This document shows positions 38,109 to 47,851 of a stretch of 64,000 nt of DNA, in pieces. The stretch comes from a virus: positions 1-64,000 of IMG/VR virus record IMGVR_UViG_3300042907_001596. One strand, written 5' to 3'. A program made the position numbers and the translations under genes. The notes beneath the pieces were generated by a model. The model did no database searches. It saw only the letters and a program-made list of their open reading frames with translations, and was not told the origin of the DNA. Numbering within the stretch: position 1 is the first letter of the stretch; the number at the start of each line of letters is the position of its first letter.

Positions 38109-38672
38109 TTGGCGAGGATCCCGCCCAACACTAACGACCCCAACGGCTACTACGCCGAGTTGGGTCTTGCGCCGTGGGCCGACCGCGCCGCCATCCACCG
38201 GACGCTGCGCCGCCAGATGCGCCAATACCACCCCGACGGCACCGACCCCGACCCCCACCTTTACAGCCGGTATGCGGAGATCGCGGAGACGCTATTGCAC
38301 CCCGGCCGCAAAGCTGCTTACGACCGGCTGGCCGACGGTCTGCTGCTGGTGGACTCCCGCGTGCGGGAGAAAGCCGACCAGGCCGGAATCCCGATCAACA
38401 CCATCACCGAACCTGTCTCCACAATGGGAACTCACTACGATTGGTTTGCTTCCCGCCCGCGTGTCACTGACGGAAATGTCGCACAGCGCTGGTACCGTTC
38501 TTTCGTAGCGGTAGCCCCGATGTTCAACTACACCAGGGCAATCCGTGTACTGCTACACGACGAAGGGCCTAAGTGGATCGGGGATGCAGGAATGATGGTC
38601 ATCCCCCGCTCTTGGGAGCCGACAAGCGGTAACGCTTTCGCCCTCTTCGCCGTTGTGGTGCCAACGAAATGA
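38109..38672 (+). CDS. DnaJ-like J-domain protein
   Basis: YYAELGL...YHPD...IAETL...RKAAYD; start codon uncertain. Confidence 0.8.
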   Translation: MARIPPNTNDPNGYYAELGLAPWADRAAIHRTLRRQMRQYHPDGTDPDPHLYSRYAEIAETLLHPGRKAAYDRLADGLLLVDSRVREKADQAGIPINTITEPVSTMGTHYDWFASRPRVTDGNVAQRWYRSFVAVAPMFNYTRAIRVLLHDEGPKWIGDAGMMVIPRSWEPTSGNAFALFAVVVPTK

Positions 38673-38690
38673 TGACACAAAGGTGATGAC

Positions 38691-39563
38691 ATGGAATCTG
38701 GAATGGAAGCCCTCCGTAGGGCAATCGACGCAGGCAAAGATCGCGGATCCCGCACTTCGCGTCCGGCTGGTGAGTGGGAGAACCGCCTCAGCTACTTCAG
38801 TTGGAAAGCTGACGACGTTAAGGTGCTGCGCTTTCTGACCGATGACATCAAGATCAACTTGTACGCCGAGTTCGTTCTGTCGATCGACGGCAAGAGCCAG
38901 AACTTCCTGGTCGACCCCGACAACAATCTGGTCAAGAAGTACGGCGGCAAAACCCGCGAGCGCTACATCGACCCAAGCTCCCCGCTGATTGAACCCCCGC
39001 TGCGCGAGCGGGCCGCACTGGTGGCGGTGCTGCGCGAAGAGCGGTCACTAGGCGGCGGGCGCACCGAAGTGGTTGATGCCCTCACCGAACGCAGCAGCAA
39101 CAACCAGCAGCTTCCGGCCCGCACCTTCGGCATCGTCCGGCAGGGCTTGCGGAACTTTTGGCAGCAGGTGATGGAGTACGGCAACCGGTACGGCACCTTC
39201 TGCGACCGCGACTACGTCGTCAAGCGGATCGGCGGCGGGCTGGACACTACCTACTCCATCCTGGCGTGCGAGCCGATCGACGCGCTGCGCAAGCTGGAGG
39301 ATGTCCAAGCTCACTACGGTTACGGTAAGCCGTGGAATCCCGCCGACCCCGAACGCTTCCTGTACTGCCCGCAGACCATTGACGAGTGGGTGGAGTATTA
39401 CGGCGGCGAAGACCGGATCAGGCACTTCCTCGTCGGCAACGACGCCCCGGTGTCGTCGTCCACCACGACCACCACCTACACCGACGAGGCCCAGGCCGCA
39501 CCCCCACCGGGGGGCACCGACTTCGCGTCGCTGCGCGACCGCCTGATTCCTCACGCTAAGTAA
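38691..39563 (+). CDS. Single-stranded DNA-binding protein (gp32-like)
   Basis: VLRFLTD, DRDYVVKRIGGGLDTTYSI; lies before the polymerase. Confidence 0.65.
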   Translation: MESGMEALRRAIDAGKDRGSRTSRPAGEWENRLSYFSWKADDVKVLRFLTDDIKINLYAEFVLSIDGKSQNFLVDPDNNLVKKYGGKTRERYIDPSSPLIEPPLRERAALVAVLREERSLGGGRTEVVDALTERSSNNQQLPARTFGIVRQGLRNFWQQVMEYGNRYGTFCDRDYVVKRIGGGLDTTYSILACEPIDALRKLEDVQAHYGYGKPWNPADPERFLYCPQTIDEWVEYYGGEDRIRHFLVGNDAPVSSSTTTTTYTDEAQAAPPPGGTDFASLRDRLIPHAK

Positions 39564-39566
39564 TCC

Positions 39567-39602
39567 GCGCCGGGGGAGGGCAGGAGAACCCTCCCCCGGT
39601 GC
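39567..39602 (+). terminator. 14-bp GC hairpin between SSB and dnaE
   Basis: GCGCCGGGGGAGGG / CCCTCCCCCGGTGC; no U-tract. Confidence 0.5.
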
Positions 39603-39623
39603 CATACTCCGCGAGGGGCCGAC

Positions 39624-42600
39624 GTGACTCAAGTTAACTTGCATTGCCATTCCGAACATTCCTTTCTCGACGGCTTCGCCTCCGTCTCCTCCATCGCCCG
39701 CCGGGTGCGCGAAGTCGGCTCCGACGCTGTCGCACTGACCGACCACAACGAGGTCAACGGCCACCTGGCCTTCCAGAAGGCGTGCCGGTCAGAAGGCGTC
39801 CACCCCATTCTGGGCATCGAAGCCGACTGGGTCACCGACATCGGCTGGACGCGGGAGAACCTGAAGTACCCGTCGAACCGCAGTCACATCTGCCTACTCG
39901 CCGCCGACAACACCGGGCTGTCTAATCTGTGGGCGCTGGCGTCGATGGCGTACACCGACAAGTACCGCTACCACAAGCCGCTGCTCGACCCCGACTTGAT
40001 GCGCCAATACAGCAAGGGCCTCTACGCCTCCGACGGCTGCATGATCACCCAGTTCTCCCGGTACATCGAAGCCGGGGACGACACCGGTGCCCGCAATCAG
40101 TTGGGGATCCTGGCCGACATTTACCGCGACAACCTATACGTCGAACTGCACACCTGGCAGTTCATCGACGCCGACACCGATGAGAAGCGCCGCCTTAACG
40201 ATCTGATGGGCCAGATCAACCGGGCGAAGGTGCGCTTTGCCACCGAGATGGGGCTGCCGATGGTGGTGGTCAACGATTCCCACCACGCCTACCCCGACGA
40301 CTGGGACAAAAAGGAGTTGGTCTGGGACTTCAACACCCGCAAGAACCCCGACCAGTCGTCGGAGGACTACGGCCAAAAAGCCGACCACCTGATGGGCGGG
40401 GATGAACTGCACCAGTGGATGAGCCGCCACGGTATCTCTGCGGACATAGTCGATGAAGCCATCACCAACGCCGCCGCCATCGCCGCCCGCTGCACCGCTG
40501 AAATCACCCCCACCCTCACCATGCCCCGGCTGACCAAGACCGACGCCGACGACGTGGCGATGCTCATTGACTTCTGCGAGCAAGGCTTCGCCGCCAAAGT
40601 CGTCAACGCCGGAGTCGACCATCCTGAGCAGTACTATGAGCGGCTGGAGGAGGAGCTTCGGCTGGTCATCGACAAGCGATTCTCCGGCTACTTCCTGACG
40701 GTGCGCGATTACGTTCACGCCGCCAAGACCGGGTCGTGGAGTCAGTACGTCTCCGGCGGTCAGAAGCACCCGATGCTCGTCGGCCCCGGCCGTGGCTCCG
40801 CCGGAGGATCCTTGGTGGCTTACCTGCTGGGCATCACCACCATCGACCCGATCCACTACAAGTTACTCTTCAGTAGGTTTCTGTCGGCCAGCCGCAAAGG
40901 CTACCCCGACATCGACTGCGACTTCCCGCAGAGCCTGCGCCCCGGCATCAAAGACTATCTGGCTGCCCGGTACGGAGCCGACCATGTCTGCGCGATCGGC
41001 ACCCTCACCCGCAGCCAGCCCAAAGCGATCCTCAAAGATCTGGGGCGGGCCATGAAGATCCCGATTGCGGACGTGATCGCGATGGGCAAGATCATCGAAG
41101 GTGTCTCCGCGATCCAAGCCGACGACGGCACCGACGACGATGCGTCGTGGGCGGAGATCGTTGAACGCAAAGGTGGGGCGCTAGCGGAGTGGGCACGCAA
41201 ATATCCCATCCTGTTTGAGCGCATCAACGACATGGCCGGGATCGTTCGCCAAGCCGGGGTGCATCCGTCCGGCGTGGTGGTCAGCAACCTGCCGATCTTG
41301 GGGGCGCTGCCGACGCGGGTCAAGAACGCCACCACCGCGACCCAACTCGACATGAACGAGTGCGAAGAACTGGGCGCGGTCAAGCTCGACCTGCTGGGGC
41401 TGCGCCACCTCGACACCCTGATGGTGGCCCGCGACATGGTGTGGGATCGCCACGGCTTCTGGTTGGACTACGTCGGGGTGGACGACCACAACGAGTCGGG
41501 CACCATCAACTTCGGCCCCGATCAGTACGCCGACCCCGACATCTGGGGGCAGATCGACGCGGGCCAGACCGCCGGGATATTCCAGTTGGAGACACCGGAG
41601 TTGACCCGGCTGTCGATGGAGATGAAGCCGCGCAACGAAGTCGATGTGGCGGCGCTGCTGTCGATCGTGCGCCCCGGCGTGAAAGATGCCCACCTCGACA
41701 AAGCCTATCTGCGCCGCCGCCATGGATTGGATCCCGTCGTCTACGACCACCCGGCGATGCAGCCGATCACCGAAGAGACGTACGGGATCTTGGTGTATCA
41801 GGAGCAGATGATGCAGGCGGCACGCGACCTCGCCGGGTTCTCCGCCGACGACGCCGACGATTTGCGCAAGATGCTGGGCAAGAAAAATGCCGCCGCGATC
41901 ACCGCTTGGGAAGGGAAGTTCGTCGCAGGCTGCTTGGGCAACCCGGCGTTCCGCGACCACTTCGCCTCCGAACCGCAAGCCCGCACCGCGATCAGCCACA
42001 TCTGGTCATCTATCAGTGCCGCCGGACGCTACGCCTTCAACAAGTCCCACGCCGTCGGCTACGCCACCATCTCCTGCTGGGAGATCTGGACGAAGCACTA
42101 TTACCCGCAGGAGTACATCGTCGCCCTGATGGCGACCGACTCCGACAACATCAACCGCTACCTGCGAGAGGCCCGAAAGCGGGGCATCGCCGTGCTGCCG
42201 CCGGACATCAACACCTCCGGCCGCAAGTTCACGTTGGGTGATAACGCGATCCGTTATGGTCTGGACACTATCCGTGGCGTCGGCAACTCTGCCGTCTCCG
42301 AAATCCTGGCCCGCCGCCCCTTCGCGAGCTTCGATGACTTCCTGAGTCGGGTACGCACCAATGCGTGCGGAAAAACCCAGATAGAAGCCCTCATCAAGAT
42401 TGGGGCCTTCGACGCCTTCGGGGATCGCACTGCACTGATGACGGCGTACCACGACCGGCGGATCCTCGACAAAATGGCACCGGGCAAGCTCGCCAAGATG
42501 GACGCCGACGAGCAGGTCATCCACGTCGCCACCTGGCGGGCTAAGCACGCCGGGGAAGAGTCCTACGTTAAAGAGTTCGCCGTCCCCGACTTTGCCGACG

Positions 42601-43013
42601 ACGACGTGGTGTACACGATCGAACAAGAACTGGTCGGCAACTACGTCACCATCGACCCGATGATGCGGTACCTGGACGCTTTGGAGGCGACCGGCGCGGT
42701 GCGCTCCCCGGCGGAGATGGAAGAGATCCAGACTGGCGATGACTTCGTCATCGGTGGGCAGTTGACCAAAATCCGCACCCACACCATCCAGAAGGCGGGC
42801 CGGTACAAAGGCAAGACGATGGCGTTCCTCACGGTGTTTTGGAACGAAGAAGAGTTTGAAGTCACCGCATTTCCCGAAGTGTGGCTGGGTGTCAAAACCG
42901 TCCTCAAGGAGGGCAAGCCGGTAGCGTGCCATGTAGTGCGCGACGACCGTGGGGCGCACCTGCGCACCGTAGAACGACTGGATCTGTTGTTCGATGAAAT
43001 GAGGAGCCGCTAG
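39624..43013 (+). CDS. dnaE: DNA polymerase III alpha subunit
   Basis: PHP domain (HCHSEHSFLDG, TDH), GRGSAGGSLVAY, PDIDCDF, KLDLLGL, YAFNKSHA. Confidence 0.96.
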   Translation: MTQVNLHCHSEHSFLDGFASVSSIARRVREVGSDAVALTDHNEVNGHLAFQKACRSEGVHPILGIEADWVTDIGWTRENLKYPSNRSHICLLAADNTGLSNLWALASMAYTDKYRYHKPLLDPDLMRQYSKGLYASDGCMITQFSRYIEAGDDTGARNQLGILADIYRDNLYVELHTWQFIDADTDEKRRLNDLMGQINRAKVRFATEMGLPMVVVNDSHHAYPDDWDKKELVWDFNTRKNPDQSSEDYGQKADHLMGGDELHQWMSRHGISADIVDEAITNAAAIAARCTAEITPTLTMPRLTKTDADDVAMLIDFCEQGFAAKVVNAGVDHPEQYYERLEEELRLVIDKRFSGYFLTVRDYVHAAKTGSWSQYVSGGQKHPMLVGPGRGSAGGSLVAYLLGITTIDPIHYKLLFSRFLSASRKGYPDIDCDFPQSLRPGIKDYLAARYGADHVCAIGTLTRSQPKAILKDLGRAMKIPIADVIAMGKIIEGVSAIQADDGTDDDASWAEIVERKGGALAEWARKYPILFERINDMAGIVRQAGVHPSGVVVSNLPILGALPTRVKNATTATQLDMNECEELGAVKLDLLGLRHLDTLMVARDMVWDRHGFWLDYVGVDDHNESGTINFGPDQYADPDIWGQIDAGQTAGIFQLETPELTRLSMEMKPRNEVDVAALLSIVRPGVKDAHLDKAYLRRRHGLDPVVYDHPAMQPITEETYGILVYQEQMMQAARDLAGFSADDADDLRKMLGKKNAAAITAWEGKFVAGCLGNPAFRDHFASEPQARTAISHIWSSISAAGRYAFNKSHAVGYATISCWEIWTKHYYPQEYIVALMATDSDNINRYLREARKRGIAVLPPDINTSGRKFTLGDNAIRYGLDTIRGVGNSAVSEILARRPFASFDDFLSRVRTNACGKTQIEALIKIGAFDAFGDRTALMTAYHDRRILDKMAPGKLAKMDADEQVIHVATWRAKHAGEESYVKEFAVPDFADDDVVYTIEQELVGNYVTIDPMMRYLDALEATGAVRSPAEMEEIQTGDDFVIGGQLTKIRTHTIQKAGRYKGKTMAFLTVFWNEEEFEVTAFPEVWLGVKTVLKEGKPVACHVVRDDRGAHLRTVERLDLLFDEMRSR

Positions 43014-44104
43014 TGGCCAACCCGAAGCTGACCAAGCTGGTCGGTGACCTCCGCACCAAGTTCGGTGAAGACTCCGTGATGTTCGCCGCCGACATCAAGC
43101 TCAACGCGCCGGTGTCCTCCGGCAGCCTCGCGCTGGACTTCGCGATCGGCCACGGCGGCTTCCCGTCGGATCGGGTCATCGAACTGGCCGGGGAGGAAGG
43201 CTGCGGCAAAACCACCCTCAGCCTGCTGGCCACCACCCGCTTCCTCGACTCCCAGCCCGACCGGGGTGCGCTGATCATGGATCTGGAGCACAAGCTCTCA
43301 CCGGACTGGGTGGCTTCGCTGGTGGGCGAAGAGCGGATGGACAGGATCATCTACATCCAGCCCGACCACATCGAACAGGCCACCAACATCTACCGCCAAG
43401 CCGTCACGTCCGGCCAGATCAGCATCGCCGTCCTCGACAGCATCGGGGGATCCCCGACGGTGCGGCGCAACGACAACGCGGAAGTGGCCTCTTACGGCGG
43501 CAACAGCCAGGGCGTCGGGGAGTTCGCCCGCACCGCTGCGGCGCTGTCCGCGAAATACCGCACCCTCACCATCGGCATCAACCAGACCCGCGCTGACATG
43601 GACGGCTACCACCGGATGCTCACCCCCGGTGGCAAAGCCTGGAAGCACGCGGTGATCCTGCGGATCCAACTCAAGAAGTCGACGCGGGAAACCGTGGAGC
43701 ATGCCGTTAACGGCGAGAAGATCACTATCGGCCATGCCGTCTACGCCAAAGTGGTGAAGAATCAACTCGCCGCCCCCGGCCGCACGGCGATGTGGTGGTT
43801 CTACAACGTGCCGACCGACGATTACGGCTTCGGTGTGGACACACTGGATGAGATCGTTCGGCTGGGCATCCTCACCAGGGTGATTCACCAGACCGGCGGG
43901 TGGTACACCCATCCGGCGCTGCCCGCCGACAAAAAGGGCGACCACAAAGTCAACGGCCTGGCCGGGTTGAAGAAGCTGATCTACGCCGACGAGTCGCTGA
44001 AGCAGACGCTGGTGTCGGAGATCCTGGCCAACCTGGAGGAGCACGCCGCCGAAGTCGCCCCCATCTCCGACCCCGACGCCCCGATCGAAGAGGCGATGGC
44101 ATGA
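43013..44104 (+). CDS. recA: RecA-like recombinase
   Basis: SSGSLALDFAIG, GEEGCGKTT, VLDSIG, INQTR, TPGGKAWKH, KVVKN. Confidence 0.93.
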   Translation: MANPKLTKLVGDLRTKFGEDSVMFAADIKLNAPVSSGSLALDFAIGHGGFPSDRVIELAGEEGCGKTTLSLLATTRFLDSQPDRGALIMDLEHKLSPDWVASLVGEERMDRIIYIQPDHIEQATNIYRQAVTSGQISIAVLDSIGGSPTVRRNDNAEVASYGGNSQGVGEFARTAAALSAKYRTLTIGINQTRADMDGYHRMLTPGGKAWKHAVILRIQLKKSTRETVEHAVNGEKITIGHAVYAKVVKNQLAAPGRTAMWWFYNVPTDDYGFGVDTLDEIVRLGILTRVIHQTGGWYTHPALPADKKGDHKVNGLAGLKKLIYADESLKQTLVSEILANLEEHAAEVAPISDPDAPIEEAMA

Positions 44105-44484
44105 AGACCGGGTGGGAAGCCTACGAACATTACATTCAGAAGCTGCTGGGGCTGGACTCCACCGCCGCGTCCGGCGCGAAGTTCCACGACATCGGGGACG
44201 CCGTCGACCGTCGCCATCCCAGCGAGTCGGACTTCCGGCTGCTGGCGGACGCGAAGTTCACCGAAAAGGGTTCCTACTCCATGAACCTGAAGTTCCTCCG
44301 CCAGATGAGCGACAAAGCGGTGGCGCTGGGCAAGCGCTTCATCCTGCCCGTCCGGCTGTGGCCGACCGGGGAAGATTTGCCCCACGACTACGTCGTCATC
44401 GGACTGGATGACTTCGCGGAAATCTTGGAGAAGTCCCGCGCTTGGGACGAACTCGTCGGAAGCAAAGGAATCTCAGTCGAATGA
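44101..44484 (+). CDS. PD-(D/E)xK nuclease (Holliday junction resolvase-like)
   Basis: GWEAYE...SGA...GD...DAKFT; ATGA overlap with recA. Confidence 0.65.
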   Translation: MKTGWEAYEHYIQKLLGLDSTAASGAKFHDIGDAVDRRHPSESDFRLLADAKFTEKGSYSMNLKFLRQMSDKAVALGKRFILPVRLWPTGEDLPHDYVVIGLDDFAEILEKSRAWDELVGSKGISVE

Positions 44485-45236
44485 CTACGGCTTACAGCGG
44501 TGTTTTGCGCAGCCTCATCAAGAAGGAGATGCTGCTGCCCTACCTGGAGAACCAGATCCTGTCGGAGACGTGGCCGGATTCCTACACCGTCACCATCGAC
44601 TCCCGGCCGTACTACGGCAAAGGTGATGGCTACTTCCACCCCAGCACCCACCCGCTGATGGGCGAGCGGCTGCTCTACTATATGTTCCACCCCGACCACC
44701 GCGACCAGATGATCCGCGAAAAGTCCTCCCTCAAGCGGGAGGTGACGCTGTCGGTGGGATCCTCCATCCACGCCGTCGTCCAAACCCAGTTCCAGATGGC
44801 GGGGCTGGTGACGCCGGAGAACATCGAAGTCGAATACATCAACACCGACCATCATGTGCGCGGCAAGATCGACTTCATCGTGGATCACCCGACCGGCCAG
44901 ACCATCCCGGTGGAACTCAAGACGATGTCGGCACGGATATTCGGCAAGCAGGACAAGATCAAGCCGGAGTGGGACGCCCAACTGTCGCTGGCACTCGACG
45001 CCGTCGGCCAGGACACCGGAATCTTGCTGTTGCTGGAGGTGGGCTATCCGTACGGCATCAAAGAGTTCATCGTGCCGCGCAACGACACGTTGCTGTCGGA
45101 GATCTACGGCAAGTTCGACCGGGTACGCGAAGCCATCGCCCTGAACACCCCGCCGACGCACTGCTGCGCCCCCGGCTCCTCGACCGTCGCTAGCTGTCCG
45201 GCCCGCTTTGAGTGCTGGATGAAAGATGAGCGGTAA
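44481..45236 (+). CDS. Cas4/RecB-family exonuclease
   Basis: FHPS, GSSIH, GKIDF, VELKT, QLSL, C-terminal CC...CPARFEC. Confidence 0.75.
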   Translation: MTTAYSGVLRSLIKKEMLLPYLENQILSETWPDSYTVTIDSRPYYGKGDGYFHPSTHPLMGERLLYYMFHPDHRDQMIREKSSLKREVTLSVGSSIHAVVQTQFQMAGLVTPENIEVEYINTDHHVRGKIDFIVDHPTGQTIPVELKTMSARIFGKQDKIKPEWDAQLSLALDAVGQDTGILLLLEVGYPYGIKEFIVPRNDTLLSEIYGKFDRVREAIALNTPPTHCCAPGSSTVASCPARFECWMKDER

Positions 45237-45663
45237 GCCCTGCAAGGACTGTGTGGCCGACGGGATCACCACCGGCCGTCCGGCTCCTCACCCCGGCCCC
45301 CGGTGCGTCACGCACCACCGGGCCATCAAGAAGGAGCGCAAAAAGCGTGCCCACGCCCGCCGGGTGGACATCTTCTACGGCATCACCGCCGCGCAGTACC
45401 AGATGCTGTACCGCCATCAAGGTGGGACGTGCTACATCTGCCGCAAAGCCACCGGGGCGACCCGCAATCTTGCCGTCGATCACGACCACAACCTCTGCAA
45501 CACCCATCCTGCCGATCGGGGCTGCCCGCAGTGCGTTCGCGGACTGTTGTGCTCAATCTGTAACCGTGTGGTCATCGGCCGCTATGACGAAGACAGTTTG
45601 TTGCGGGCCGTGTCGTATCTGCGACACCCCCCAGCGCGAACGATCCTGCGCCCAGGTTACTAA
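45226..45663 (+). CDS. Endonuclease VII-like protein
   Basis: YGIT...QGGTCYIC...LAVDHDH...VRGLLCSICN. Confidence 0.88.
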   Translation: MSGKPCKDCVADGITTGRPAPHPGPRCVTHHRAIKKERKKRAHARRVDIFYGITAAQYQMLYRHQGGTCYICRKATGATRNLAVDHDHNLCNTHPADRGCPQCVRGLLCSICNRVVIGRYDEDSLLRAVSYLRHPPARTILRPGY

Positions 45664-45716
45664 CAACCGTGTTATCTTGACGGCAGCAAGATTATTCCCC
45701 AAACTGGGAGAGGTGT

Positions 45717-46424
45717 ATGGGGAACAGACCCCTAGGAGATCTGGCGGAGTCGGTAGCTGAACAGCTAGCGACCGAGAGCTTCGCCCCGCTGACTGAGGAA
45801 ATCCTCACCGAAGAGGACGCCATCGAATCCCAGCGGGCCAGCATCTTCTCTAAGATTCGCTTCTCGTGGCGACCCGAAGACCGTGCCATCCTCGACCGTA
45901 TCCGGCTGGCGTCGGACTCTATGGTGGAGGAAGCCTTCGGGGAAGCCATTTCCACTATCGACCGCTTTTACGAGCAGCTTCGGATACCGGAGACGACGTG
46001 GGTCGACAACCATGAGGTGGTGCGGCGAGGGCCGGACGGCCGGGTGGTGTGGAAGCGGTCGGACGAAGGAAAGATCATCGAACGGTGGGATCAACTCACC
46101 GGGCCGGACATTGAGATGACCATCGCGGATCTGCTCCGGCTCAAAATGCTTATCGCCCCCCAAGTCAACCAACTCCTCAACGAAGCCATCTACGCTAAGC
46201 ACGTTGCGTCCGACGCTTACGACGACGCTTGGGGCACCGTCATCCAAGGCACCCAAGGCGACCGCACTGCCAAAGCCAACCGGCAAAGCCGCCAAGACCG
46301 CTACCACGCCCACTTCCGCTACGTTCTCTACTCCACCGCCAACACTTTGGTGCGCGAAATCGTGGTGTTTATCAACCGGCTCGCAGACATCCGCGAGTGG
46401 CAGATCCGAAGCCAGCCACGGTAG
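45717..46424 (+). CDS. Hypothetical helical protein
   Basis: RBS GGGAGAGGT; long ORF in operon. Confidence 0.72.
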   Translation: MGNRPLGDLAESVAEQLATESFAPLTEEILTEEDAIESQRASIFSKIRFSWRPEDRAILDRIRLASDSMVEEAFGEAISTIDRFYEQLRIPETTWVDNHEVVRRGPDGRVVWKRSDEGKIIERWDQLTGPDIEMTIADLLRLKMLIAPQVNQLLNEAIYAKHVASDAYDDAWGTVIQGTQGDRTAKANRQSRQDRYHAHFRYVLYSTANTLVREIVVFINRLADIREWQIRSQPR

Positions 46425-46428
46425 TGCT

Positions 46429-46902
46429 ATGGCCCGCCGCCTCCCCGACGACCCGGTCAAACGCCGCCTCCAACACTTCAAGAGGCTCTACCAACACTTA
46501 GAGCACTGGAAAGTGTTGCTGGAAACCGGCGACATGAGTCACCTCATCACCGTGCCCGAAACCGGTGAGGAAATCTATCTTCTCGACCTGATGGTCGGCA
46601 TCGACTCGCTGCCACCCCGCCAGCGCGAAGCCTTTGAGTTGATCTGCCTACTGGGGTACACCGAAACCGATGCCACCCGCAAAATGTTGCCCCACTCCCG
46701 ATGGTCGACCCCGATACAGCAGTACGCCGATACCGCACTGGCCCGCATGGTGGCCGCATACGACGCCGCCCAAAGCGGCAGCTACACCCACACCGTCTAC
46801 ATCAAAAAAGGGGCCAAGCCTGTCGAGGGAGCTTGCCCCACTTCACCAGGAGAGCACGATGAAGAACGAGATCCCCGAAGCAAAGCTGATGCCCCTACTT
46901 AG
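46429..46902 (+). CDS. Sigma-70 region-4-like HTH protein
   Basis: IDSLPPRQREAFELICLLGYTETDATRKM resembles sigma region 4; no region 2 recognisable. Confidence 0.65.
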   Translation: MARRLPDDPVKRRLQHFKRLYQHLEHWKVLLETGDMSHLITVPETGEEIYLLDLMVGIDSLPPRQREAFELICLLGYTETDATRKMLPHSRWSTPIQQYADTALARMVAAYDAAQSGSYTHTVYIKKGAKPVEGACPTSPGEHDEERDPRSKADAPT

Positions 46903-47146
46903 CGGAGTCAACTATTCCGTTGAAGACGAAGCCGACCGGCTGCTGGCCGACGGCCGACGCGGCACCACCAAGCTGGCCGACAAGACCGACTACCTGTCTC
47001 CCGAGCAGTTAGCATTGAGGAAGAGCAAAGAGGTGTTGAATCACCACGGCGTTCCCGACTCCCGGCTGTTCAGCGGCATGTATCGCAGAGCCTTTAACCC
47101 AGAGGCAGGACAGCGGCCGGTGCGGCTGCGCTCGCACGACGACTAA
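46859..47146 (+). CDS. Hypothetical protein
   Basis: RBS AGGAGAG, ATG 46859. Confidence 0.6.
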   Translation: MKNEIPEAKLMPLLSGVNYSVEDEADRLLADGRRGTTKLADKTDYLSPEQLALRKSKEVLNHHGVPDSRLFSGMYRRAFNPEAGQRPVRLRSHDD

Positions 47147-47158
47147 AAAGGGGGAGGC

Positions 47159-47851
47159 ATGACCGACGGTCTTGACGATGCCATCGCCGCACAAATCGAC
47201 CAGATGCGGGCCAATGGGGAGCTTGAGGTGCGCCCCGAACCCCGCTGCCGGGTCTGTCGAGACGAACAGTCGCGCCTCCTGGTCAACAAGCTGCTGGCGC
47301 ACGGATTGACGCTGCGCGACATTGAGGATGTCATCAAGCCACTCAACCGCAACCGGCCGCAGCGGGACAGGATCAACCTCAACAACCTCCGCGAACACCG
47401 CCGCCGACACTTCGACATTCAATCCCCGGCTAATGCCGTCTACCGGCGTATCGTTGAGCAGCGTGCCGCAGAAGCCAACATCGACCTGGAGAACGGCGTC
47501 GGCACCGCTGTTACCTACCTGGCCTACCTGGACACCATGATGGCGAAAGGGTTCGCCACCTTGATGGCGGAGGACACTGTGGTGAGCTACCGGGACGGCG
47601 CGGACGCTGGCCGGATGCTCAACGACCTCACCCGCAAGGACGCCGGGGCGACCCAGCAGGCCCAGATGATGGCCGAAATGGACAGGGTCATCTCCGTCGT
47701 TAAAGAGGTTTGCACGCCCGAGCAACTGTCGCTGATGAGCGCGAAGCTCAACGGCACCCCCGACGCGCCCACCCCGGTGGCGGCACGCCGGGTAACGGAG
47801 CCGTTCGACCCGTCTGAAGACCACGACGAGTACGACGAGTTTGAGGACTGA
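47159..47851 (+). CDS. Hypothetical DNA-binding protein (CxxC + HTH-like)
   Basis: PRCRVC...GLTLRDI...LREHRRRH; acidic tail; RBS GGGGAGG. Confidence 0.62.
   Translation: MTDGLDDAIAAQIDQMRANGELEVRPEPRCRVCRDEQSRLLVNKLLAHGLTLRDIEDVIKPLNRNRPQRDRINLNNLREHRRRHFDIQSPANAVYRRIVEQRAAEANIDLENGVGTAVTYLAYLDTMMAKGFATLMAEDTVVSYRDGADAGRMLNDLTRKDAGATQQAQMMAEMDRVISVVKEVCTPEQLSLMSAKLNGTPDAPTPVAARRVTEPFDPSEDHDEYDEFED

Noticed and set aside
44481-45236. CRISPR-Cas system from the Cas4-like gene
   Set aside because: No repeat-spacer array or other cas genes; solo Cas4-like nucleases are common in phage recombination modules.
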